64,000 nt of DNA from Chrysomallon squamiferum (taxonomy: Eukaryota > Animalia > Mollusca): positions 31,930,001 through 31,994,000 of the forward strand of contig CM022671.1 of the NCBI GenBank assembly GCA_012295275.1, written 5' to 3'. Below, in pieces: positions 24,001-36,700 of this stretch. The notes beneath the pieces were generated by a model, which saw nothing but the letters and a program-made list of their open reading frames with translations, was not told the DNA's origin and did not search any database. The stretch's first letter is position 1. Each line of letters starts with the position of its first letter. A program made the position numbers and the translations under genes.

Positions 24001-26323
24001 TTAAAAACCTGATATCATGTTACTATTGGTCACAGAACATCAATGTTTAAAAAGTAATTTTGATATTTAATTATATTTATATTTTGTTTCCTGTTTTGTT
24101 TTTATATATATTTAATAAAATGGTACTTTATATTTTCATCTTTTGCATTGTATTTTAATTGTATTTATTTATTTATTATTTTAATTATTAGGGTTTTCTT
24201 ATTATTATTATTACTGCTACTACTGGTAACACCCTTTAATTATATTATTTTATTATATAATTTTTCTATTTATTTACTTATTTTTATCTTTTTAATTATA
24301 CAGTTTTTGTGTTTTGGGAGGGTGAACAGGGGTTTTTGGTTATTTATTTTTTCTTTGTTGCTAAAAATCAACGTTTGCATACAAAACATTATATACATCA
24401 CTAAACACACTGATTGTATTTTATTCTGTAAAGTTTATAAGCTGTGTATAACTTTTTATTTTCATTGACATGTTTAGAAACAAGATTGTTTTAACAATCT
24501 AATTATTTAATTCATATCTAAAACAAGACATTGTTTTATATATTGTATGTATATAATTTCACATACTGTAACATAGATTGTTTTTAAAAATCATAATACT
24601 TCCTTGAACCAGAAACAATGCTAATTTGGTGAATAAAAAATAAAAAATAAAAAATTATGATGCCTGCTTTAATGTTACAAGAATAGGTTTAGATACAGAT
24701 ATATGTAAGATATATTAAATCATGATTTTACCTGTAAAAATAAATATAAAAAAAATAATAATAATTTTAATATTTGTAATATATATATTTTCCATAATAA
24801 GTTAAGAAACAAAGTAGATATTTATCTCTTTTTTTTCATGATGTCATGATTCAAATGTATATCAGTAAAAAACATGAATGGAAACTATTTTTGATTGTTA
24901 TACACATCAAATAAGTTTAGGTACTATGCACTTGGGTAAAAATATTAACTGCTTAACATCAATAAATATATTTTATTTATGTTGTTATTTATTTCTTTAT
25001 TTATTATTACTCTGTATAAGTGATATTTCCCAATCTGACTTATGCTTACTACTGAATTAAATATGGTCTGTGCTCAACAATATTTTAAAAATCAATTCCA
25101 AACTGCTGATGTGTCTTGATATTGCAGTTTTGTCTTAAGTTCTTGTCATAAAATTATGTTTAGTATGTTTTTAAAATAGAGAGGAACATTCCAAACACAT
25201 ATCTGTAATAATTACGGATCCAATTACAGATACACATATTTTATATTTCATTAATTTGTTCTTTTGCTGTGAACCCAATTCCTGGACAGTTAATTTCTCA
25301 GTTTTAATGTCTTGTGTAAAAAGTGATATTTGAAATCTGCATTTTTTGCATTGTACTTGACTGTCTTAGATTAAGTTAAAATCATAAACTGTTATAAGTG
25401 ACCAACATTCCTGCTTTTCTCATGCCCAAAAACACATTTTAAAGTTTCACTGATAACTTTAATAATTATGTATGAAAATGGATCAAAACAGATTCAAAAG
25501 TATACCAAAACTGATGAAATAAGTCCAGAAAAATAAGCTTGTATTTTTCTGATATATAACTGTAAAATAAAATATGTTTAGTGCATACTTAAATAAAACC
25601 CTTCCCTTCTTGCAATTTAATTCCTCTAATACAAAATTTTGTTCTCAAAATCCATGCAATGTTAAAAATTTCTGAGAATAAGAAATGAAGTATTTGTAAT
25701 TAAAAACTGGAGAGTTCATTACAATTCCAAAAAAAAAATAATCATGTTAATAAAATAGATAACTTAATCTGAAATCCATCAGTTTTTAAAACAAAAATTG
25801 GTAGTGTTCTTGAATTTATTTTAATTCCTTACGTTTTTAGAGAGAGATTTCAGATCAAATTCTAGTTTTAAATTAAAACAGCAAAAAAATCAACAGATTT
25901 TTGTCTTTTTCATGTTTATTAGTGAATATGGATGTCATCATATATATATATATATATATATATAAAATGCATTAATGTAGATTAATATTTCGTTTCTTCT
26001 GAAGAAACAGTTCTTTAGTTACTATTGTGTCTCAGATAAAAACAATTATAAAATTTTTATGAAGTCCATAATTAACTTGGATAAAAAATTAACGTCAGGA
26101 ACGTTTATTGCAAAATACAATGTAATTTACTTTAGAAAACAACATTTTACTATAAATAACTATGAAAAGGGGGGAAAAAAGTAAAAATGAAAAATTGAAA
26201 CAACACAAAAACGTCTACAACTACATTAAATGAAATAACAGAATTGCTTGAATTATTTATTATTTCTATAAAGTCTTCTAAGCCATCTTGAATGACTATT
26301 AAAAGTGAAACAAAGAATGTTTG

Positions 26324-26492
26324 TTAAATTTCAATTTCAACCAGTTGGGGAGTTTTCTCATCCAGTAAGACCTGTGGATCAATAGGATGGACTCTAACTG
26401 GAACTTGGAACATTTCCTGTAGCTTTGAAGCACTGAGGTTGTTAGATAACTGAACATCATGTGTATGATCAGAAACACTGTCAGGAAGTAGA
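26324..26492 (-). CDS. Gene B alternative terminal exon 37b (tail ...RVHPIDPQVLLDEKTPQLVEIEI*)
   Basis: Acceptor tttttctctcag, same phase as 37a, open frame to TAA; paralogous to 37a. Confidence 0.65.
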
Positions 26493-27536
26493 CTGAGAGA
26501 AAAATAAGTTAATAATTAGCTGACATTCTCTTTTATTTTTAATTTGTATGTTTACTGATATATCTTAAAATTCAGGACTTAATGATCAGAAAATTTGTAA
26601 TTTGAATTTACTTTATTGTATTTTTTTTTTTTTTTTTTTTTTTATCATTATTATTATTTTAATGGGTTGAAGTCTTTGTTATTATTTTTGAAAGGGAAGT
26701 TCATGGGCTTTGGTGTAGTTTAATTTTAAAAAGAAACTAAACTATTCAAAAAAAAAAAAATGTAAAAAATAAAAAAATAAAAATAAAGAAGAGTAAGAAT
26801 AAAACCATATGGGCCAAAAACAAAAATAGCTAAAGAATTATGCATTTATAGATTCATGTATCAGTTCTTTTAATTTGTATTAAAATTATATTCACATGTG
26901 ATATTTATAGTATATGGATCAATAAAATAAAATAATTAAAAACTGGGTAGTTCATTACAGTTCTAAAAACAAAATGATGTAAATAATTTGTAAAATGTTT
27001 AACAAAATAGATAACTTCTTTTCATCTGAAATCCAACAGATTATAAATTTACACAGAAATTGATTAAAAACAAAAACCAATGATATTCTGGAATTTATCC
27101 CAATTCCTTACTTTTTTATAGAGTGATTTCAGATCAAAATACCATTTTTTTTTAAATCAGCAAATTAATTAAGTAATAAAATTACATTAAATTCAACAGG
27201 TCTTTGTCTTTTTCATGTTTATTAGTGAATATGGATGTTACAAGTGTTATCAGAATATATAAAACCACGCATAAATATAGATAAAGCAAAACAAAATTAA
27301 TATTTCATTTCTTCTGAAGTAACAATTATATAATTTTTATGAAGTGCATAATGAACTTGGAAAAGAAATTAATACAAGTTTATTATGAAATGCTGTAAAT
27401 AATTATAAAACGAAAAAAGAAAGAGATAACAGAATTGTTAGAATTATTTAATATATCTATAATTATAATGTCTGCTAAACTATCTGGAATGAATATTGAA
27501 AGTGAAACAAAAATGTTTGTTAAATTTCAACTTCAG

Positions 27537-27738
27537 TCATCTGGGGAATTTTCTCATCCAGTAAGATCTGTGGACTGACGCTGTAGACTTTTTTTTCATT
27601 GGAGCTCCAACCATCAGGGATCCATTTTCATGGCTTCCAAAGGGTCCCACTTGTATCATTTCCCGCAGCCTCGAAGAATTGAGGTTGTAAGAGTCCTGAA
27701 CATTGTGTGTTTGGCCAGCAACAGTGTCTGGAAGCATC
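27537..27738 (-). CDS. Gene B terminal exon 37a (cytoplasmic tail)
   Basis: Acceptor tttttttctcag, phase matches exon 36; probable A8/A9 indel at 27589-27596. Confidence 0.75.
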
Positions 27739-30700
27739 CTGAGAAAAAAATAAAAGTTAATAATTAGCTGTAAAATATTACAATCTGAAATAACAGATAT
27801 TGATTGTTGTCGTTCATTATTATTATTATTATAACATATATTAGGTTATTTTAGTAATTATTTTTGTGTAAGATGATGACATTTTTTTATTCTTTTAATT
27901 TTTTCTTTTTTTCTTATTTAATTTGTGTTTATTGACATAACTTAAAATTCAGGCTTAATGATAAAAAAATAAAGAAGAGTAAAAATAAAACCAAATGGGC
28001 AAAGAAAAAAACCAACTAAAGAATTATGTATTTTAGTTTTAACTAAAATGATATTCGTATGTCATATTTATAGTATATGGATCAATAAAATAAATGTTTA
28101 GTCACTTGTTTCTGACAACTTTAATCTCACCTCAGATCTTGGATATAGTTCTGCGAAGAATAAACGTTATGCATTTTGTATTTCAGGTAGTATCTGAATG
28201 AAGCAGCAGCAATGAGAGCCAAGACAATGAGACAAGACACAACAATCACAGCAATGATGACAGCAGAGAGACCAGAATCAACTTGTGGGTTAACAAGAAC
28301 CTGAATGGTAATCGGATGACTGTAAGCATTATCTCCATCCTTGATGATGAAAGATACATTTGCTGAACCAGTGAAATTTGGAATATGATACAGCCAGAGC
28401 TGCTGTTTAGATATAGTACCAGGTGTTCCTGCAAAAAAGTCTTCTGTATCATATTGTTCTGAAGGTGATGGAGTTAATGAAAAGTTCAGAGTTGGTGACA
28501 GTTCTGGAAATATCTGGAAGTATGAAAGACTATCATTAGCGTCTGCATCTGTCATCCAGAAAGTGCCTACAAGATGTTTTGTTTTATCATTTGTGAGTTC
28601 TACCTCCACCAGTCTTTCTTCTGCAGAATTCAACAACAGACTGTCACTGGAATTTTGGAAAAACAGAGTTGGAGCATCATTGACATTGTCCACTATTATA
28701 GTGATAAATGCTGTAAGAGTGTGAGGCTTAGCACCTGGAACATTTATCACCTCAGTAGCAGATATTTCTATTTCATCAACACCAGTGAAATCCTGTTGAG
28801 GCATGTACTGCAACAATCCATCAAGAGAAACATTGGCTGTGCCGTGCTTGGGTTGAGTTTTTATAGCAAATATCAGCTCATCTCCTTCAGCATCAACAAA
28901 TTCAATTGAAGCCTTCAGAATATTATCTTCTTTACCATCTACCTTTGTGGTGACAATAGAAGGGATGGAATTACGAAGTTCAGGTCTAATTTCTACTACA
29001 ATGAAATGTCTAGGAGAAGACAAATCTTGGGTACTTCGTTTTTCATAGTTAGGATTCCCAAAGGATAATGATGCTTGTGTGAAAGCTTTTTCACATACCT
29101 GAACAAAAACACAGCTTGTTTAAAATGATAATAAATAGTATTTATAAAAAAAAAAATTATATTATCTGATATAATTCTTAATTTAATTTATAATAGATAT
29201 CTCAAAGTACGAGAACTGAAATAATGTTTGCAAAAATAATAATTTTCAGACATTTTAATAAAATGATATTCATAGGTCATATTTATAATACATGTAATAA
29301 TAATAATATAAACAGCAAATACTCTTGTTTCAGTTTGCTAAACAGAAATGTGGATATTCATATGCCAAAATTCAGTAATGACAACAATAACAATAATAAC
29401 AATAAAAATAACAATAATAACAGTAATAACAATAATAGTAATAATAACAGTAACAATGATATTTAATTAATAAATAGAACAATTACTTCAGTATGAAATG
29501 ATTCAGCAGTCAGGATGTTTTGGTTTTCCATACCACAAGGTTCCTGTATACTTCGCCATACCTGAGCATCTGAACATAAAATATAAAAATAATATTACTA
29601 ACATGTAGCTTAATATAAACAGTACATTAACAAAATATAATATTATTATAATGAATAATATAACAAGTATCTGTTTTATTGTCATCAATTATTATTAAAT
29701 TTGTTATATAAATATTAGTTCTGTTTATAAGGCTCTTCTCTAAAATATTATATTTAAAAATAAAATAAATTAGGATTTATAAAACAGGTTGACTATAATG
29801 AGAGAGCTGCAGATACTTTTATATAGTTTTAATAATTTGGTAAATGAAATAAAGTTTGTGTACACTAAAATATCAGAAAGCTATAAAATTTATTATCACT
29901 GCTGCTGAGAATTTTTTTTTCAGAATTTGAGATAGTTGAGTTTAAACCTGTAATTCAAAAAAACTTACGGTTATCCCAGTATATAAGAGTAGGTTCAAGT
30001 CCATGAGTTAAATTTGTTTTTTCCAGTTGCTTTGTCACATTTATTTTCTTTTTCAGTCTGATCTGTGGAACTGGGGCAAGGTAAAACATTGGTTTTTGTA
30101 TTGATACGAGTCTAAAAAACAAAACAAAATAAAACTAGATCAATAATATTTATTTAATATTTTGTCATATTTAATGTTTCTGTATGTTTTCATCTGTATA
30201 TGTGTGAATGTACATATGTGTGTGCATGCATGTTGTATCTTTGTATATGTAAGTAGGCACAGTGGAAAGAAAAATGAAACAGAAAGAAGAAAAATACATT
30301 GAAAAAAATTAAAATGTCTGAATGTTAAAAAAAGAAAAAAGATGAAAATAATTAAAAGAAGAATTTAAAAGTAAAAGAATAATAGAAAGGAAGAGAGAAA
30401 ACTCACCTGTCATGGAGAAATCTTGACAGTTGTTCTGACGTCAGTTCTGGGTCAGCTATATAAGGGAGATAACCTGCTGAAGCTGTTGAACCATACAGGC
30501 TCTGTACATCTGACTTCTCTAGAACACCCACAGTCAGACGACCATCATCAACTGAACAGAAAGAAAATTATTTCAGTAACAGAAAACAGATGTGTCTTGA
30601 ATTACAAAACATTTACAGTTAAAAGCTAAATCTTAAAGTACAAAATAAAATTATGAACAAACTAAATTGTAAGTTCAAAATAAAATTATGCAAAAATTAA

Positions 30701-33700
30701 ATATAACTCTGAAATTAAAGAAACATATTTGTGTAGCATGTATTAAAGAAACTGCTATTACTAAATATGTTGTTTTTGTAATTACCTTCAAAATCTAATT
30801 CAAGCTCTGGTTTTTCACTTGAACTGGTGGAATCATTTTCTCTTAATTCTCCTCTGGTATTCACAGTGAGGTGTGTTTTTCCTGTCATCAGCAGTTTGTC
30901 TTTCACTCCTAAATTTTTAAAATTAATTTAAAAGGTAGGACCAGATTTAGTTAAATATAAATAAAACACTAAAAAAGAACAACCCTGAAATTTACTTTTA
31001 AAACAAATAAATAAACACTTATTTTATTATAATATTATTGATAAAATGTAATGCAAATAAGGACAAAATCAAATGACTTTTGAAACTCATCTGAGGCTAT
31101 CAAATTATGAAATGTACATTCATGTTCAAACCTTAGAATCAAGTCACACAATAAATTAATATTTTGGGATGTCTTTAAGCTACAGCATGCTTTTCTAAAT
31201 TAAAAACATCATAGTAATTCAAAGTGCCACTAATGTTGGGTCACAGTTATACATAAACATATATAATAATAAAGAAAATTAAATATGTAGAGCCAAATAT
31301 TGATAATACAAACTAAATATGTAGAACTGTGTAGTGATAATTAAAAACTACATATGAAGAACTGTATGGTGATACTAAAAACTAAATGTAGAACAATCTA
31401 TTCATAATAAAAACTAAATATGTAGAACCATATACTGATAATAAACAGTAAATTTGTAGAATCTTATAAGGATAATGAAAACTAAGTATGTAGAACCATG
31501 TGTTGATAATAAAAACTAAATATGTAGAATCTTATATGTGATAATAAAAACTAAATATGTAGAATCGAATATTAATAATAAAAACTATATATATAGGACT
31601 ATATATATATATTGATAATAAAAAACAAAATATGTGGAATCTTATATGTGATAATAAAAACTAAATATGTAAAACCATGTATTGATAATAAAAAATAAAT
31701 ATGTAGAACTAAATATTGATAATAAAAACTAAATACATAGGACCATATATTGATAATGAAAACTAACTATGTAGATCCATATGTTGATATTAATCTGGAC
31801 ACTTACTTTTAATACATGATGGTTTTACATGGATCTCACTGTACAAATGTGATCTGCTCATAGCATAAAGTGACTGGTATACACAGCGACCAGGCTCTAA
31901 CATGAAGTGACTTTGTTTCTTTGGTGGTTTCTCTTTTTCCATATTTGTCACTGTCCGTTCAAAGAAGTCTGAAAGTCCAGGATTCTTGTCAGAACCATCA
32001 AGTCTCATTTCACCATTCACAATTCCAACATAACTCGTTTCTTTTCTGCCAATTCTCACCAAAGGGAAAATGTCGTGTGTTTCACTGGAACTGCCAATTT
32101 TCCATTCTGAAAAATTATAAATTGTTCTTGATAATTGTTATAGTTTGTAAATGTGTGTTTCTGTGTGTGTATGTATAAATACAGAGACAGCTATTATAAT
32201 GTCAATGAAAAGTAAAATCTGTAATCTAAAAGAAACAACTTAAAAAAAAATGTTATTCTTATTTTACTAAATTTTACAAAATGAAATATTTGAATAAATA
32301 TATATATTTTACGAATATAAATTTTACAAAATGAAATAGTTTACTAAATATAAATATTACAAAAGGAAATATTTTAATAACTATAAAAATTACAAAATGA
32401 AATTTGAGATCATTTTCAACATTACAATAAAAGTTCAGTTTAAAGAGTATCATTTATGAAAAAAGCATATTAAAAAAGAAAATATTTACCATAATATTCA
32501 GCACCTACAATACTGTTATTATCCCATGCTAGTCCAATTCTGTCTGTGTACTCTGTAATGACAACTGATTCATTAGTAAAATTTGAACTTTCAGAAAACA
32601 AGGACATGACTTTTGCATTACTTGTATCAGGTGAATTTATGTCCATTGTAAAGTTGCACGACTTCATGCTGCTTTGTCCAGCTCCATTTTGTACTTTAAC
32701 ATTCACAAAATATTTGTTCATATGAATTAGTTTACCATCAAGATTTCTGATAACTAAAGATTTGTTTGATGGAACAAATATGTCTGGCTGGATATCCTGT
32801 TTCCCTAAAGCTGTTCCGATGCTTACAAATGTAGAGACAATTCCACTGACATCTTCTCCAGCTTCCCATTTCACACTGACAGAGTTTTTGTTTCCTAGAA
32901 ACTGAACTGCTTCATCTGAAGAATAATCGGGGTCCAAGCATTTTACATATTCAATGTTTGGTGGAGAAGTGTCAACCAACACAGCGTCTGACTTGGAATA
33001 GGTCACCAAGCCAGCATAGTTTTCAACTCTGATGTCCACAAAGTATGTAGAGAGTTTAAAATCTTGGAAAGCTTTGGAAGAGTTCACTTTTGTTTCATTA
33101 GTTTGAACATCATCACTGGCTGATGCCAGAGTGAGGTTCTGAAGATCTAGTGTAATTGGAACTATGCCTTCAGGAAGCTTGCATGTGTCTAGACAAGTAG
33201 ACTCACATGATTTGTCACATAAATGACAAAATGTAGAATACTCTTGGAAAGGTACAATATTTGCAGTCTCATTTTTAGTGTCAGACAATCCAATTGATAT
33301 CTTTTTAAGTCCACTTTCAAGATCATAAAATGGAGCTCCATAAACACACAGAGGTTTTATGTGTTTTGGAATCCTGATACTTTTAACAAAAGCTTTAGTT
33401 TTAAATGGCTCAAATGGGTCAGTAACTGGTGGAACGTAATGATGGATGTTCCAGGTAAAGATGTTCAAAGAAATGTCATTGTTCAGTACCAAACCACTAA
33501 ATGATGCTTTCTCCATCCCATTCAGAAAAAATGTCACATCCCAGCTGGGCATGAAATAAACAGTTTTGTTATACAACATGAATTTAATTTCACTGCTGTC
33601 AATCTGGAAATCCAGTTCTAGTGTCTGAGTATGAAATTTGAATCTATCCTGAACCCAAATGATTACTTCTTGTGCACTGTTTACACTGTCTGATAGTTTC

Positions 33701-36700
33701 ATGAAAACACCAAAGTTAAAACCATGATTTACAAATGGAGTGCAGTCTGAGGAATTATCAGAACATTGTGCAAATTTTGCAAGCAAAACATCCACAAACT
33801 GGTTCGGGTGAATGTAATTATCTTCAGACATGTAATTAATTCCTGTGAGAATATTTTTCCCCAGAGCTGGTTTTATATTCACAGAGTAATTTCCACCAGT
33901 CAGTTTTAAGTGTTTAAAAATCACTGCCCCTTTTTCTATCAGTTTCAAAGTGGAGTCATGTTGCATCGCCAAATGAATTTGATCAGATTCCATAACTACA
34001 CTGCCATTTGAAAATTCTTCATCATCAAGGAATTCAACTGCATCTGGAATAATGTAACTTTCACTCTCAGTGTCATTTTTGTCATGTGAAACAATCAAGG
34101 TGGCTTGGATAGAATCGTTGTTTCTCTGGAAATATACTGGATGTTTCCAGTCACTTCCTGGATGAACTGAGCCAGAAAAAGGTGGAGACTCATCTAATTT
34201 AATTGGTTTTGACTGAACCAGAGTTTTAAGTGCAGCTGGGTTGTGTGCCTCGACTGAAATGTAGTATACCTGATTTACTTTTAGTAATATATCATTAAAA
34301 ACAGTTTTATTATCGTGTTTCACATTTTGTCTTTCTATTTCTTTTCTTGTGTCACTGATCACTGGTCCACCATCAGTGCACGGTTGTCCTTCTATAATCA
34401 CAGTGTAAAATTCAATGCCACTTTCCTCATCTTCAAAACCATGAAGATAAACAACAAGTTCGTTTGGTACATTTAAATACATCACGTCTTCATCAATTGC
34501 TCCTTGTATCTGAATATTACCAGCTGTTGGCGGAGTTGTGTCAACAACAATGGAGTGACTTCCCATCAAGAGGCAGATACCAGACTCATCATGAGCAATA
34601 AGCAGAATGTAGTAAGAAGAACCATGTGAAAGAGAAAGATTTGTAAACGTGTGCATCTGGTCAAGACCCACACTAACAAAATCATGAACATCGGCTGAAA
34701 TATTCATCTGCTTTATCTGACTACAAATAAACCTTTGGTTGTCATGGTGATGTGTGGAGATGCCAATATGGTATTCCCTTACACCAATATCAGAGTAAAC
34801 ACCAGACCATGAAGCCTGCAGAAAATCAGTAGCTGACTGCACTGGTTGGCATTCAACCACACCTGGAGTAAATTCTCCTGTAAACCCAACTCTTATACCA
34901 TTGGAGTATGCTTCCTGGAAACTTCCAGCCATGCTGTATGCCCTCACTGTTATGTAGTAAGTTGTTGTCTTTTCTTTCAGTTTTAGATTGTGGAATGTGA
35001 CAGACCTGTTCAACCCTACATTATGGAAATACATAATGTTTACTCTGGTGTCTGGAAACCTCCTGTCATTTCCAACAGCCACTTCAAAGTACCTGATCTT
35101 TTGAGATGGGTCAGCTGAACTGTCATAACCAAAACCGTTCCAATTAGCAGAGAGAGTATCATTGCTGTGTTGAAAGTTAATATCCTCTCCCAAGCCATCA
35201 TTGACAAAACCAGGATTTGGTGGCTGGATGTGAACCATTACACCATCAGAGCGACCAGTGAGTGTCCTGTTCATTGCATCCACCACTCGAACAACATTGA
35301 TGTATGTTTTCATGTTCTCCAGACGTAGTTCATCGTTGTAAAAGTCAAAACCTTTGTCTGGAATAGGATGAAAAGGCTGGATCACAAAACCAGAAATGTC
35401 TTCAACAGACCAGTCCACTTTCAAAGCAGGACATGCCTGAGAAAATGACCAGTGCCCTTGCATCACTGACAGATCAGTTTGTGTATCTTGATCTTCTGGC
35501 CCAGCACCATCACTTACCAAAACATGAATATTAGGACTGATAGAGAGGGCTTCTGATGAAGACAGGAGATAGAGTCCAGCTTTGTTGTAGACCTTCATTG
35601 TAACAAAAACTGTTGTCCCTTCAACAAGATGCAAATTCTTTAGTGAGACTATTCCATTAGTCAGATCAACTTTGATAAAATCCTTTACATCTGAAGCTCC
35701 TTTGATGCTTCCAATAGCTGCTTCATATCTAAAAGTTGTACCAAAAAATTCATGTTTATTAATTGTGTACATAACTTTACACATACACAAACACACAGAC
35801 ACACATATACACACATATAGGCAGACACAGAGATAGATAAGTACATTCTACCATCTGATAATAGCATTTTTATGCGATACCTAGATCATACAAATCTATT
35901 CAGTGCTGAAACATCAGCACTATTTTCAGAATGATAAAAACCACAGAAACCTGCAATTACCTACTTCTTCATTTACATTCTTCATTAAAACAATTACAAG
36001 TTTTAAAATCTAATACAATACCTGTCAATTCCAGATTCCTTATCTTTAAAGTCATGAACTGCAAAATCAATGTATGATGTTGGAATCTGGCATAATTGGT
36101 TCTGAAATTTATTAGCATGTCCAAAGCTGGTAACAATATGAATATTGCCATTTTCTGGTGGAGTTCTGTCTATAATAATCAGCTTGTGTATTTCTGTTTT
36201 AAGATGGATTTTGTTCATTATGGTCAAAGTGATAAAAAGTTTATCAATGTCCTTCTGCAAGACATCATTCATATCTCTGTTCCAGATTTTATGTAGTCGT
36301 GATACATTCTGAAGTGATACAATGTTAGAAAGAAAAGGCTGGGTCCCTACAGATATATACAGATTGCTGACTGTACTTTCATCATCTCCAATGGCATCCC
36401 AAGAACATTTAACATTTGATTTCATTGGTGATATAGCCTTGGTACATACAATGTTGTTTATGAATGGCTCTGTGGAATCGTAGACAATTGGGGCTGATGT
36501 TTTCTCAGCAATGTTGCCAGCCTTGTCAGTGGCTCTGATAATCAGAAACCTTGTATCTCCAGAAACAACAGAACCTTTATTTATCTTCAGACCTTCTTCC
36601 ATCCCATCAATACTTTTGAAATGATTCCTCCCAAATGGCATCTCATTCATTGACCATTCATAGAGTACAATTCCAGTATTGTCTGTTGCATTCCAGTCTA

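Larger units (their letters stand above)
25697..28093. repeat. ~1.2-kb tandem duplication spanning gene B last intron end, last exon and 3'UTR
   Basis: Colinear blocks AAAAACTGG.AGTTCATTACA, GATTTCAGATCAAA, GTCTTTTTCATGTTTATTAGTGAATATGGATG and TAGTATATGGATCAATAAAAT in both ~25697-26933 and ~26934-28093. Confidence 0.9.
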
